64,000 nt of DNA from Camelus dromedarius (taxonomy: Eukaryota), in NCBI RefSeq assembly GCF_036321535.1, contig NC_087437.1, forward strand, positions 91,886,001 through 91,950,000, written 5' to 3'. The translations under genes and the position numbers were made by a program. The notes beneath the pieces were generated by a model, which searched no databases, was not told the DNA's origin, and saw only the letters and a list, made by a program, of their open reading frames with translations. Positions within the stretch are counted from its first letter, which is position 1. Each line of letters starts with the position of its first letter. Positions 13,137-27,739 of the stretch are shown here, in pieces.

Positions 13137-13905
13137 GTTGTAGGGACAGGAGCCATCATTTTTTTCAAGTATCTCATGTTAATCTGATCCAATTGATTCC
13201 TACAATGAATTTGCCAAACTTAAGGTTAAGGGTATCGTCTTCCACAAGACTGCCCTCACCTCGAATACCAGCTACATGTTTGAGTGTCCCTAGGACCACT
13301 CTCAATTCTGACCAGCTGGCTACAAATTTGAGGGCTCCCATGTACTATCTCAAGTTCAGTAATTCACTAGAACAACTCATAGAACTCAGGAAAATGCCTA
13401 TAATTTTGACTGTAGTTATAGCAATGGATACACATCAAATCCAGTCAAAGTGAGATACATAGGGTGAATTCTGGAGGGGTTTCAAATGCAAAGTGTCCAT
13501 CCTCCTAAGAGATGTTATCCTCACAGTATAATGATATGTGATAACACACAAGTGTTGCCAAACAGGAAACTCACCCAAGTTTCATCATCAGAATTTTTAT
13601 TGGGGTTTCATCACTAGGCGTGATTGACTGAATCATCACTATGTGGTTGAGTTCAATCTCTAGTGCCCTCACATGGTTCAGAGCTCCAACCCTCTATTAA
13701 CATGAATGGTCTTTCTAAAGTGTCCTGTCCTATCCTTGGTCATCTCTTTATCATATCCTATCTTATGGCCAACATAAGTCACCTCTTTGTTGTAAACTAT
13801 CTTTTGTGGTTTTGTCCAAGGGGGCCCACCATGAACAATAAAGACACTCTTATTACTGTGTGAATTCAAAGGGTTTAGAGGCCAGATAATTTCCTTATTA
13901 CACCA
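13137..13905 (-). mobile_element. MER21-like LTR
   Basis: 'cacaagactgccctcacc...ctgaccagctggctacaaattt...taattcactagaacaactcatagaactcaggaaa' is characteristic of MER21. The right end reads TGGTGTAATAAGGAAAT on the minus strand. Confidence 0.8.
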
Positions 13906-14879
13906 TCTACAAACTAAATTTTGAGAGGCAGAGGCCCCATTTTATGGATGACATAAACAAAGTGATTGATGACCTCTCTTATAGAGGGATTAATATAGGC
14001 AATATCTGAGTAAGAATTCAATAGTTGTATTTAGAGGAATTCCCATGAATTAAAAGTAATTTGGATGGAGATAAAGTGTTTCTGTTTGTGTACAGAACAG
14101 AAACAAAAGAGGAGGAATAGTGAAAAATAACAGAATGTTATGTAGGTCCCAATTCATGTACAATTCTACAAGACATAATAAAAATGAAGGGTTGTAGAAA
14201 TATACTTACATAAAAAATCTGCTTTAACCATTTTTACTATGTTGCCTTGAAAACCATTCTAGGCCATATGCTTTGATTTTTACAAAAGAAGGCTAACTAA
14301 TAGGTTTTACATTTGTATGTTTTTCTTCTTTATGATTAATAGTATGAGCTTTTCTTATTTTGATTTGGTTTTATTTGTTTTATATTTTTCACTGGAAGAC
14401 TCACAGAGGCTCAGATATTCCAAAAATAATCTGTCATTCAACAGGAGTTATTTCAGTCTCTAAATTCTGAAACAACTGTTACCTCCTAAACTTCCTAGAA
14501 AACAGAGATTCTAAGTTTAGGCAGGAAAGCACCATTAACAAGTTGGAGGGAGATTAAATGTGTTAAATATTTTGAAACCAATCTTTCAGAGTCAAAAGCA
14601 GATCAAATAATTTTTTAAAAAGGAACAGGAAAAATAATATGCATATATTAAACATGACTAGGGTAGGAGATAAAAAAAAAGAGGCAAAAAAGTGACAGTA
14701 GTAGATAGGCAAAAAGTTTGGAATTGATGTGACTCACTGTTTATGGAAGGAAAGGGACATGAAGTTTCACTATTTTGCTAGAAATATCAGAGAAACATAT
14801 TTTGGGAAGATACTGGTTCAGACTTGAATATCATCTTATAAAGATTTTGTATAATATCACAGTAGAGAGACCAAGTAAG

Positions 14880-15105
14880 ACAGTAAAGCACGATGACTAT
14901 GGATGGAGTTAGTAAGAGTGAGAATTATCTGAAATTAAAGTCTGCTTGCATTTACTTAGTGGCTATGTGACCTCAAATAAATTACTGCTTTTCTACATCC
15001 TCCATGATCTTGTCTAGAAAATGGGAATTTTAATAGTATTTTTGGGTCATTTTAAGGAAAAATATTCAAACCATGTACAATAAATACTTAGCAGAGTACA
15101 CTGGA
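14880..15105 (+). mobile_element. MIR SINE
   Basis: Core 'ggctatgtgacctcaaataaattact...tctagaaaatgggaattttaatagta' and 3' 'aaatacttagcagagtac'. Confidence 0.7.
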
Positions 15106-15584
15106 TCTCCAAAATGCTAATACCGTTCCAGAAGTAAACATTTTAAGAGTAGGATATGATAACAGTGTCAAATGTACCATAAATTCAAGTTCTTTGAATT
15201 GGTCTTAGTTTGGAATTTGGAGCAAGACTTATTTCAGGAAACTGTCTCTGGAAGAGGTGTGTTGGAGTCCAGCCTAGAGTATGTTAAAATGTGAATAGAT
15301 CATATTAGAGAAAGATTAATAATGAGGGTTGAAGAAATAGCATGGTGATTGCATCCACATGAAGGTCAAGAAGACCGTAGTCTCTGATACTATTCACTGT
15401 GTATTTCTGATATATTTAGAAAGTCACTATATTTGAAATCCCCAATATAAGAATTGATATAAACAGGGAGCATCAATGGATGTTAAAATAAAAAGGGTGA
15501 AAGATTGTTGAAGAACAAGATATTCAGGAAATATTAAAGTATTATTATGTAGATTATCATCCTCTTTAGAAAGTGAAAAAATGT

Positions 15585-16200
15585 ATTCTTATACTGAAGG
15601 GTTGGTGTGTGCCATTTAACCAAATGATCAGACTTAGAATTACCAGTACTGGAGCATCCTGGCATCACGTGTGTCCTGATTAATGTGAAGCTTGCGGCAT
15701 CACCTGTAAAGCACTCTTGCCAAAACTAAGTTAAGGTACAGAATGAAGGAAGTTCCAGAAAGTGAAATATTCTACAAGACCATTGGTTTAGATTCATAAA
15801 GTGTCGGTGTACTAAAATATGTAAGGAAGGAGAATGTTCTAGATTAAAAGCACCTAGAGAGACATTACCCAGAAAATGCAACTCATGAAACTTGACTAAG
15901 TTCTGAATTAGGGGAAATAAATGCTACAAGAACCTCTGGGGGAAAAGAATTGCTGAAATTTAATATGAAATGGCTATTATATAATATTGTATAATTATTT
16001 TAAATTGTCTTAAGTGTGAAATTGGCAGGGCAGATATGTATTCTTGTTCTTAGGGGTGCATGCAGAAACATCTGGTGGTCTCTACAACTCACTTTCAAAT
16101 AATTCAGAAAAACAAAAGGAAAAACAAACATGGCAAATATTAACATTTGTTGAATCTATTAGTGTTTGTTTTACTATTCTTAATTTCAATCACCTATATT
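15585..16200 (+). mobile_element. Ancient L1 (L1MC/ME-like) 3' UTR fragment
   Basis: 'ttaaccaaatgatcag', 'atattctacaagacca' and 'gttctagattaaaag...gagacat...aaatgcaa' are motifs of old L1M 3' ends. Confidence 0.65.
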
Positions 16201-17229
16201 TTTGAAAAAAAATGAATTTCAGAAAAAAATTATATCCAGAATCCCTAAAATTAATGTAAAAACATTGGATAGAAAGGGGCGTTTAAGGAAGAATGATCAG
16301 GACCAAACTCTGGGTCATTCTTACCTTCCTGACATTTAAGATTGAAGGAGAGGATGAGAAATCACCAAAAAAGAAAAAATTAATAATAATAATAAATAAA
16401 TGAAGAGAAAGTGGACAGACAGTGAGGAATGTGATGACACATAGACCAAGCGAAGAAAGTATCTAATACTACCGAGAGGATAAGAAGGGAAACAGTAAAA
16501 GGAATATAATTTTAGGATTTTTGAAGAGTGCCCTGCTAAAGTATCTGTTAAATATACAGCTTATAATTATCAGCCAAATTACGAAGACATTCTGATTTAC
16601 TAGGTTTAGTCTAAAACCTAAAAAGCCATGTGTTTTAGAAAACTGCAGGCAATTCTCATCTTCAGGGAAACCTGGGAGACTTTTAAGATGGTGGTTTTCA
16701 ATGTAGGTTCCCTGGACCCGAGAGAGCACTGTCAAATAAAAACTGTGGGATATGAACTCTATATGGTCAGAACAATTTGGCAAGTGATATTCATGGACGC
16801 TGAACTTTAAGAACCTAAGAGTTTTCAAGGAAAAATGTTAAAGTCAAATTTGGATTAAAACTTATAGGAAGACAAAAATCATTTAAGTAGGAAGCACAAG
16901 AAAAACACATGTGTCTGCAAGAATGGGCCAGAATCCAGATGCCGAAGCAGAAATCACCCTTATTAGATCAATCTCATTCAAACCAGTCTAATTTAATCTT
17001 CTCTTTCTCTGAAGTTCTAAAAGATTTGCAGTCTGTGTCACACCCCTTGCATGTAGTCTGCATTACATATGCCTGCATTATCCCACTGTCAACCACCTTA
17101 CCCCACCACACACATGTACAGATACACAAAGACATAGACACACATATTCTTTACAAAGGCTGTGGTAGGTTGCTATCCCTTTTGTCAAAGCAGCACCTGG
17201 GACCAACTATTAAATTCATAGTAGTCCCA

Positions 17230-17345
17230 TAAAACTATGAGTGTTTTCAGTGTTGTAATGTGTCTTGTTCACCGATCCCATCCCAACACATAGCAGAGTG
17301 CCTAATGCATAATGATATTCAATAAAAGCTTGATGAAAGAATAGA
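17230..17345 (+). mobile_element. L2 3' end
   Basis: 'gtgtcttgttcacc...atagcagagtgcctaatgcataatgatattcaataaa...tgatgaaagaat'. Confidence 0.65.
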
Positions 17346-19082
17346 TAACATATAATTTATCAATTAAGTGTATTCTGATTTGAATGACAATTTGTAATAT
17401 TTATTCCTCTCCACTCTTCGATCATTGCTGGATAATGTGAGGGTTTTTGATTAGATGGATACTAAGTAAAAATAAATTTATTTACCTTTAACTATTTAAT
17501 TCCTCACCCTATAATCTACCAAGAAAGTATAAATGGACAGAATAGATTTCAGCTCTTAATTCCCTGGTTGAGCTCTTGAACTTCAATTAAACATAGCATG
17601 ACCTATAAAGACTAAGAAAGTCATTGAAGAAAACAATAATTTTTAGTATATCAAAATTTAAGTTGTTACTTTTTCATCAAGTTCCAAAGTCATATGTTTG
17701 GCTCTGATTGAGGTGATATGTCATAGAGGCAGGAGAAAAACTCATGCTAGAGGCAGTATGGTCAAGGAAGGAGATTGCCAAATATTCACTTTGTAAATTG
17801 ATTCTATCTTACCTTTTCTCAGATCACAGTTAAATTTCATTAATGGTAGTGGTAGTGGTAGGGAAAGAGTTTAGAATGGAGAATGCTAGGGCTAACATTC
17901 TTTTCTTCCATGCCTTGAAGGGATCAATTAGTGACTCAGTGACTGCAGAGAGAAAACTAAAACCCTTGGGATAGTTGGACACTTCTGAATATCTAACTTA
18001 AATTCATGTAGTTCAATCAATCTACTGAAGCAATTTGTTTAGTTTAGAGAAACTGCATGAAGCATTCAAATTAAACCCTTGAATGACTTATATGGGCTAT
18101 GCCTGATTCAAAATTCTATGCATTGTAAGGGTTTTTTGTCCTTTTCTGCTATTTTTTTTTATGTCCTTGATTGACCGAAACTAAAAATTAGACTACTAGA
18201 ATGCTTTCATTTGACTGGAATCACAGAAATTATTATTCTGCAATTTTAAAACAAAGACATATTTTGAGTTTAACATTTTATATTTAAGGTCAACTTTATT
18301 GTCCTTTAAGTAAGAAATTATTAGAAAAAATTATAAAATTCAAGCTAGCAAAATCCTTTGTCAAATTTTACATTGTACTAGAGTTCTTCTATTTTGAGAT
18401 GCTTATAACATATTATTCTAGTGTTACTGAAAGTAGGATGGAAGGGATCCTCAATGTTTCTTCAAATTTTCATAGAACAGAGGAAGTTGTCATTAAGCAC
18501 TTAGAATATATTCAATTTCAAGTATTTAAAATCTGTTTTACATTTTTAGAAGAGCCTATTTGAATCATCATTATGAAGAGGGAAATACTGAAAGTCAGCC
18601 AAATGAAAATTAACATAAATTTTATAAATTTATTCAAACTTTTGTATGTGATACTAACTGCCATTTATAAATGCTTTACAATAATTATTAATCTAAAGAA
18701 TAAACAGAGATATAACTAGAATCATAAAACTTGAAAGTTAAACTACATTGTGAAAATTAATAAACAAGTATGATATTTGTAAACATTTTATGGGTTTTTT
18801 TTAAATGAAAAATATAAATAATAATAATAATGATTTTTCAGTACCTCTCCTTGGACTTTTTGTCTTGGACATTAAATGGGAGAGAAATGAGCCACAGATT
18901 ATATTTTGTACTACATCAACTGTTTTATTGCTAAATCTCATTTTTGCTATATTGCCCTCATTTTATCATGGATAGAAACACTAACTCCTTTAAAGACTAT
19001 GAGCAAAAAAAAAAAAAAGCTCAAAATATGCTGACCTCTTTCTGTTATACTGTTCCAATTATACATCAAGGATGTTTCCCAT

Positions 19083-19451
19083 TGACAGGGACTCTCTCCC
19101 AGATCAAACTTTAAAGGCTCTTCTGAACCCTCCTCTGTACTAGAACTTGTCCTTGGCTGCTGAGTCCTGCTTCAGCAAGAATTCTGCTAAGCCAGTTTAG
19201 GGAGAACCAACCTACCCTTAATATCAAATCAAGTTTCTCAGCACCCACCTTACTTTTGCATCTAAACAAGTTCCTCAGTAATTTTCCATCCACTGATCCC
19301 CTCATTCAGTCCACTGGCTACAAACCCCGACTTGCTCTGGCAATATTCAGAGTGAACCATTCTATACTGAAGTATCTCTCCCTCACTGCAGTATCTCATA
19401 AGATCTGTCTTGATCTTTTTAACAAGTGTCTGGTGCAATTTCTCTTTGACT
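19083..19451 (+). mobile_element. ERV1 solo LTR, MER31/MER67-like
   Basis: Starts TGACAGGGACTCTCTCC, contains 'agcaagaattctgctaagccagtttag' and 'taattttccatccactga', and ends 'ttttaacaagtgtctggtgcaattttctctttgac'. Confidence 0.8.
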
Positions 19452-20779
19452 TCAACTAATTTAGCTTTGAACAATGTATTATTTTCTCTTTTAATCCACA
19501 CAGATTAAATTCCATAGAAATATTTTAAATCTCCATTAGCATTCAGCTTTATAAAGAGATAGTACAATTATTTAAGAATCAAGTTTAAACACGGAAACAT
19601 CAGTCTATGATCCAGATGGACGAAATGAAGGAGGTTCATCAGTTACTCTGATTAGTCTGTAAAGACATGGTGTAGAAAGTGGCATCACAGTAATAATTTA
19701 AGAAGAAGAAAGAATTCATTAAATACAGCAGATAAATGCTGTCACTTAATGTGGCTGAACATTTGTATGGTTCTCTGAAATGACCCATATAGCAGCTTCA
19801 TGTAGTTTTTATCCTGACTCAAGTTAGATCACATAATTATCACTTGCAATTAGTTTTAGGCTTAAAAGAAGATATCACTTAATTCACTTGAATGAAAGAT
19901 ATAAACACAAAATTCTGGGAGAAACTTGATTTTAAACTTCTAAGACACCATTTAAAAACAGTTCTGATATACTATTTTTAAGATAAAATATCTTTAAAAA
20001 TGTTTTCCAGTAAATTCCTTACTTTCTATTTTTTCTTTCCTGTTTTGATGGTTCATTAAGATATTTACTTTTTCTCTCAGTTTGGTTGCTTTTTACTTTC
20101 TAATTTTTGCTCCTCTACACACCTGTCTCCTTTCTTTTACTAAACAAAACTTCAAGCCACAAAAGAAGCTGCTGCAGTGCAAATGGAGAAAATGTTCTAG
20201 GCAGGTGTTTTTATTTATCCCATTAACTGCATTGAATGTCTTAGAAGGAAAAAAAAAATGCCACCTTGTATCCTAGATACAGTGATGTTATGCAATGTGT
20301 AATGCTACTTGCAATTTGAAAGAAACTGCCCAGCTATTATGTAGTAAGTCATTTTGAAATTGGGGTAATTATGAAGTATAGGAGCTTTTTCTATTACCGC
20401 ATTATAAAAGGCAGATTTACCACAGTATACTTAAATAACAGTTGTCATATACTTACCTGTGTAGTCATGTTTACCCTTATGAGATAATAGTGATTACTGA
20501 AAATGTTTACATCAAAATTAGTCTAATTTTTCTATAACTTTATGTCTTTTTTCAGAACCATGTGCTGAAGATCTCCATGTAATGAACATATGTGGATATG
20601 GCAAAACTACTGGAAACACTTTATTTTGAAATTATAAATTATAATATCAAAATTACTCATAAAATACACCAGATCAACATTTATATTCAGACTTAATAAG
20701 AATATGGACAAAGATGCTATTACATTTCTTAACTACTATCTTCTCCATTCTCTCACCTTGTATTAACCTCCTCTGCTGA

Positions 20780-21160
20780 GTTTTTACTCTACTCTCATTA
20801 TAAACATAGGAGACTTTGAGGACTCAGTCTTGGGTCTCCCTTTTTCTTTCCCCTATATCCCTTCCTAAATGACTTTCATTCATTCCATTGACCTCAATTA
20901 TCATGCATATGGTCATCACTCCCAAATCGTAATTGTTGGTTCAGGCTTATTATAGCTCCATTGTTGTATATCCTATTACCTTGCTACATCACGACTCAGT
21001 TTTACAGGCACCTCATCTTACCAAATTCAAAACTAAATGATGGATAGATTGTTTCCCCTGCATACTCTTGTTTCCTATGCCTCTCATCTCGGTAAAGAAG
21101 GTGTTAGCTGAAGGTGTTACACAGTAGATAGATATTCAGTAAATATCTGTAGGTTGGATA
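20780..21160 (+). mobile_element. L2 fragment
   Basis: 'actcagtcttgggtctcc...tcaattatcatgcatatgg...actcccaaatc...acaggcacctca', with an L2-like tail 'tattcagtaaatatctgt'. Confidence 0.6.
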
Positions 21161-21499
21161 AGTTATTGCATTGGACTTAATTCCCATTATGCAAAGGTTG
21201 ACTGACTTGAAATCATTCCTATTTAAAAAATGGTCTTATTGTGGTTAGATAAGAGGAGATAAATAGCTTTTCAAAGAGTCAGGCAGCATCTATAAGAAGC
21301 AAGAGTGTTAGAATTTTTGTGTGTGTGTATTTTTCTACAAGAAGCAAACTCCTATGACACTTATCGTTTGAAGTGGTAAAGACCATTTTTCCTCTTTTAC
21401 ACACTTTCCTGCTCATGTATCTGAGTCTGCTGGTCTCAGCGTAAAAATTTGGGGCATGGAATATATTAGAAAACATAGATGAGACATGGTTTCCTATTC

Positions 21500-21670
21500 C
21501 AGCCTAGTGAGAAATTGATAGACTTTGGAATCAGATAAATCTTTCTCCGAATTTGTTTTCATATTTGTAGTTGTATTATCTCCAACAAATAACTATGCTT
21601 CTGAACATTACTTTTCCTATTTCAAAAACTAAGCAGAACAACTCCTACTTCATAGCTTAATTGGGAGGTA
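21500..21670 (+). mobile_element. MIR SINE
   Basis: 'agcctagtgagaaa...gactttggaatcagataaa' head and degraded core. Confidence 0.55.
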
Positions 21671-23096
21671 CCATAAGATTTCAATAAATAATTTTACAAA
21701 CATAAATATAACATTACAAAAAATGTGATCAATGAGAGTACCTCTGGCAGCCCAAATATATTTACAACAATAGCAAGTAATTTTAGGGTAGAGAATCACT
21801 AAGAACCATCCTTTGTCATTAAAATTGGTTTCAAAGTTTCTGTCAACTTTACACTTTGCAGAGTTGTTTATGGAAATTATGAAAGTAAGGTACCACACTC
21901 AGCAGAACATTATTCATAAAAAGCACAAAGTAAAGTGAACCAGAATTACAAAATGTGTTTTTAAAAATCAAAATGGTGTAGTCAAACTGAAAAAGCTGAG
22001 TGTCTGGATTTTCAGTGACTGAGTGACCAATGGGGCCTCAGATTTAGTAGGATTCACTCAAAGCACATTTCATAGTCTGTTCCTGGTCTAAAAAATTTCA
22101 TACAGACTAAGTGGAAAGCATATAAAATAGTTATGCAAACTGCTCAGGTAATCTGGACATATCACATCAGTGTTACCATACCCTGTTACTTTGCTTGAAA
22201 AAAGAAAAAACAGAGTACAATGGAGTAAGTTACACAAAGGTCTTATATTTTTTAAAAAAGCTATTTTCACATTTTGTTTTAGTTGAGCTTTTGATTATTT
22301 TTGACTTTGGTTTGTTTCATTTTTAATTCTCTCTCTCTTTCTTTGAATAACTTGCTGTATTTATGACCTTTTCCCACACAAGGTATTAAAAAAAAGCAAA
22401 CTACGTTTTGAAACTGTCACTACTAGAAACATTATTCAGAAGAGCAGAGTGAGAGGTTTTGCTTTTTAAACAAAACAAAACCCCATGGGCAGTCCCAGGC
22501 ATGTAACCAATTACTTATCCACTTGTCCATATATCTTTTGTTATATGAATAGTTTTCACAGTATGAATATCTTTAAGACTTACAAAGATGCTTTTGGCAG
22601 ATCGTCAAATATCTGTTCCATTTATAAAAAAAAATGTGATAGCTACTTATAATGGGGCACTGCAATGTCGATCACTGTGCAGGAACCACTGTGCCGCACA
22701 AAAGGGGACAGGCGGGTATCTACAGCAATTATTCCTGCTCTAAGTATAATAAACTTTAGGATAATATGGTGAGAGCATGTGCAGAGTGCATTTGAGGTTT
22801 CTCATTTTAGACATGTACTCTGTAAACTGAGCAGGAAGGAGAGGTCCCAAGTGGCAAGGAACAAAAAGAATTTACTTCGGTTATCAGAGAGAAAGTCTTG
22901 AAATTAAAAGTAAAGAACAAAAAAGCATCATACTATTTCTTTGATTAATATGAGTGACTTATTTTTATCTTGATTGTACCCAAATCTAGTTGTTTAAGAT
23001 CTGTACTTCGCCACACAGTTTCTGTCAAGGTTATGTTTTATTTGAATGAATTCATGTATTTTCTTTTTCTTCCTTATAGAGCTTCTCTCTCTCTCA

Positions 23097-23098
<2 letters not shown>

Positions 23099-23150
<52 letters not shown>
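23099..23150. repeat. (AC)26 microsatellite
   Basis: Perfect dinucleotide run read directly, with a short (CT)n just upstream. Confidence 0.98.
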
Positions 23151-23153
<3 letters not shown>

Positions 23154-23794
23154 GAAGTCATTTGACAGGCTGATAAAATCCTCTCTGATTTTAATGTCTA
23201 CAAAAGAGATAAGTCTTTAAAAATATGACTATTTGTGAAGCCTTCAGATTCTCCTGCATAGATTGGGTCTTATTTCCCTCTGGTCATTTATCATAGTAGA
23301 ATTAGCACTTTTAAAAATAATAATGGGGTCGCTGGAGCATTTCCCAATAGCTTAATAGAATCACATTCTCTCCCTTTCCCTTCTTTTAGCAAATAATTTA
23401 GACCTAATACTCATTTCTTGAGTTTTACCTGTACATGATCCTTTCTAAAATATGCAAATAATCCTTTCTCCAAAAGCAGGTTGTCTGATTATGCTGTATT
23501 GCCAAGGGCAAAATAAGAAAGAAAGGCTTAAGTAGTTTAAGGGAATTTTAACTAATTCTATAACTTTTACTCAGGTTGAAATTATTCAGTTTTCTCAAAT
23601 TACTGAGATAGCTTAACTGTTTTTTCATGGGGAACTAATTCAGGAAAGAATTTTCTTAGCCGGCATAACTTTACAATCAAAGAAGCTGATGGTAAATACC
23701 CTTCCTTGGCTCTGATGCCAGGTCATGGTTTCCTGCAGTGCATCAGAGTGGAGTGAAATGCCAATCTCCAGAGGCTCTTTAAAATCTTAGTCTG

Positions 23795-24238
23795 TTTTTT
23801 TTTAATCCTTTTTTATTATGGTAAAATAGATGTAACATATAATTTACTGTTTTAACACTTGTTAAGTGTGCAGTTTAGTGGTATTAAGTACATTCCATTG
23901 TTGTGCAACCATAACTACCATCCATCTTCAGAACTTTTTTCATCTTCCCAAACTGCAGCTACATATTCTTCAGAAAATAAATCCTCCATGACTGCCTCCT
24001 CCTCGTCCCTGGTGATCCCCACTCTAATTTCTGTCTCTTTGAATTTGGCTACTCCAGGTACTTCACATAAGTGGAGTCATACAGTATTAGTCCTTTTGTG
24101 ACTGGCTTATTTCACTTAGCAAAATGTCCTCAAGTTTCATTCATGTTGTATTTGTTATAATTTCCTTTTTAAAGCTACGTAATAATCTATTGCAGTTATA
24201 GAGTACATTTGGTTTACACATTCATCTGTCAAAGGATA
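23795..24238 (-). mobile_element. L1MB-like 3' end
   Basis: T-rich tail, then 'gtggtattaagtacatt...ttgtgcaaccat...ttttgtgactggcttatttcacttagc...gtttcattcatgttgta'. Confidence 0.88.
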
Positions 24239-25363
24239 TGCTACTGAATTTTAAACTAAACTTCTGAATCCTAAATTTGAATATCTGGCAAAATGTATAG
24301 CATCCCTATTCCTCACATATACTGTGGCCATATTGTTTCAACTCCAAAGCATTTCTAATTTTTTAAAGTATACTTTTTGCATAATAAGGATGTAAGTAGA
24401 TAATTAGAAATTACTAGTCCTATTACTTTGTAATAAGAACAATCAGGAATCGTACATATATCAGCAAGATTCATGTGGCAGCAAATGATATTTATTAAAT
24501 GAACATCTGGTTCTTGTTTTCATTAGATAAATTAAACTGACTTGTCCCTCCTCTGTAGAAATTTTATATTGCAGCAGAATTTACACACTATATTCAGATG
24601 TGTAAAATTGTCTAAAAGGTGATGTGGGTTGCCTCTTGAAACCTCAATCAAACTAGAGGCACAGAGCAGAAGGGTGAATTCAGTTCAGTTGGTAAATTCA
24701 GACCATACTAACAATTTGTATGGAGTCCTTTTAGAGAGTACCTTCTCTTTTAACTTCAAACTGTCTCTTTTGTACGTGTCTCTACTCCTCCCTCTCCCTT
24801 CCAGATGTTGACAGGATATATAGGACAGATGAACCAATTCTAATGGAGCAGAGGACAGAGGTTTTGAATCCACCCTTGATATCCTTCTGGTGTCTGTAGC
24901 AGGCCTCTCTATGTCTGTCTAGTTTATAGGAGACGTGTTGGTACCCAAAGTCTGCCAATAATCCAATTGTGATCTACTATCCTTGTCTAAGGCAAAGATA
25001 GAAAGTCCACCAGAAGGATTTCCAGCACAAGTCAGTCAGTAGCTAGAATGACCCCCTTTACGGAGGTCTCCTGCCAACATTCAGCCAGCTTCTGAGCTTC
25101 CTCTTGGAACATATAGTAACTTTTCAACCCATTCTTTATCCTACTCCTTTGATCTAACTATACCATATTTCTGATTTTTCTCTGGTTGAATTCTCTTTAG
25201 AAACCCAACTAGAAAGTTAGACAAAGACTCTATGATCTTGTTATTCCTTTCAATCTATATATTACTGTTTGGCCTGCAAAAGGGAGATTAAAGTACACAC
25301 TGTTCTTACTCTGTTTATATAAGCTTTTTGACTCCTCTGTTCCACGGTCACCTGGTTGGAAGA

Positions 25364-25693
25364 AAGATGGAGGGGGAATGTGATGAAGGTGGTCCAAAGG
25401 TACAAATTTTCTCTTTTAAGATAAGTAAGTTCTACAGATGTAATGATTAATATGGTTAATGCTGCTGTATGTTATACATGAAAGTTGTTAAGAGAGTAAA
25501 TCCTAAGAGTTCTCATCATGAGGAAAAATATTTTTTTCTTTCTCTTTTATTTTCTATTTATATGAGATGATAAATGTTCATTAAACTTACTGTAGTTACT
25601 AATGTATGTAAGTCAAATCATTATGCTGTATGCCTTAAACATATACAGGGCTATATGTGAAGTATATCCCAATAAAACTGGAAGAAAAAAAAA
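25364..25693 (+). mobile_element. L1 3' UTR end (artiodactyl/laurasiatherian type)
   Basis: 'gttgttaagagagtaaatcctaagagttctcatca...gtcaaatcattatgctgta...aataaaactggaagaaaaaaaaa'. Confidence 0.88.
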
Positions 25694-27739
25694 TCTCCAG
25701 TACAATATTAAATGGGCCCCAACAACATTAATAGACTAGTCAAATAAACATAAAGCTAAGTATACATCAATCCAAGAAGTTACATGGAAATACATCTGCC
25801 TAGTGTAATTTTTAAGGTTGATGCTTATTAATTAAAAATGTAGCATCAAATTTTTAAAAGCAAACAACTACAGCTTGTATTTAAAGCCATTTTTCTGGCT
25901 TTGGATGAGCTAGTCAGTTATAGTAATAAAATGAAACAAAATATATTAATACTTATATTTTATGAATGAAAATATAGACTCATTTTACACACTACTTTTG
26001 ATTATCAGAAAATAAACACTCATCCTTTAAAATTAAATAAAATAACATAAAGCAAATTGTGATAAACTACTGTTGCCTGAAATGCTGCTGACAATCCTCT
26101 ATTCATTTAACCTAAGGTTTGATATTTGGATGGACCCAACACTCTTTTGAGATTAAAAACCATTATCAGCCAATGGGGCTTCAGTATAAATGAGCTTTCA
26201 GTTCTCAAATGTAAGGATGTGCATTAGAGCAACAGAAAAAGATAAACCATTGTCATACTTTTTAAAATATTGGTTGATTTAAGCAGATTAGTGATTAAAA
26301 AAGTATTATTTTTTAAAATAATTTTGATCAAATAAAATGTCAGTTGTACTTTAAACAAAGTTTATTTGTTTTGCTTTATTTTTCCAAAAGCAAGCACCAC
26401 ATGTGAACTATAAATGTATATAAGAAAGTATCTGGTGATCATCTTGCATTTCTCAAGCCAGATAACTATCGTTTTGTTTTATTTGCTGGCATTTTTATGT
26501 AATGGTCCTGAGATATTATGCTGTTAAGCCAGGATAGCTCTACTAAGTGAATTTTGGTTTTATCATTTTCTTTTTGCTTTAGTTCAATACTTCATATTTA
26601 GAGACTATTCCAAGAACTTTGTGCAGTGAGCCTTCTGATTCATTTGTTAAAATTTATTTTATATATATTCTACACAATATACTCAGAGGCAGCTACAATG
26701 GACTTTTGCCATATATCTCCTCCAAGTGCAAGGCATATTGATATGATAACAAAGCATTTCAATTACCCTAGATAATCAGTACCAATGGAAAGAAGTCTTT
26801 TGTGTCAGACACTAAAACATACCCACTCGCAAGCACACCAAAAGCCTTTCCTTGTAGATTTGTTCTTAGCAAAGTATATAGCAGTATTCAAATTAGTATG
26901 GTAGCACTTTTGCACTTTTCAGAAGAAAATATGCAAAACTCTAAAAATCAATAAAATTTATCTAGAAGTGCAGATATGTGGTTGATAGTATTTTATATGA
27001 ATCGAAAAAAGTGCAGATTGAATCATTTATGTAGCAACTCAAAATATATTATTATTATGGGTTAAAATATTGCCTTGTTAAAAAATTGCTAAAAATCACA
27101 AACCTTCTCTAGGTTCCATATGCATTACATAGATACTTAAAGTTGCTAAAAATTATGCTTGTTCCTCCCAGCCATCTTTAATCATTAGGGAATACATGTC
27201 CAGTAATTGGGTTGATGCTGGTAATACAATAAGGCAACAGGAGGGCATGTAGGAAACCATTAGACTTAACAACTATAGATTTGCTAAACCTGGGAAGTTC
27301 TGCTATACACAAATTCACAGGCCCTCTTTGCAATCTAGAACTCAGAGCAATTACATCTTAGAGAAAAACTTAAATTGGAAAAAGGCAAAAAAAATTTTTT
27401 GTCCTGGGTGGCAAGCATTCAGGCAACCCTAAAGAGGATATTAAATATGAGTGCAAAATACAGAGAGCTATTGCTTCTTCTCTTTCTTTCCCAATTCTTA
27501 TGTTTCAGGGGTACCATTATGTGGTAAGTTATTCATTATAGTTAGTTTTCACAAATTAGTGGAATGATGGAGATTTGTAATTTGTAAGTCAACCTGTAGG
27601 TTTTTCAGAAATAAAACCACTTGAGAATTATCTGATTCCAGCAGGTACACCTTCCCCAGTAGCCTTCTCAGGTATTTTTTCAGGCTCTGTGTGTGTGTGT
27701 GTTTTGATGTATTTTTTATATGTTAGGGTTAGGCTATTA

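Noticed and set aside
22677..22712. CTCF-like site (tgcaggaacc...gcacaaaaggggacag)
   Set aside because: Several mismatches at core positions.
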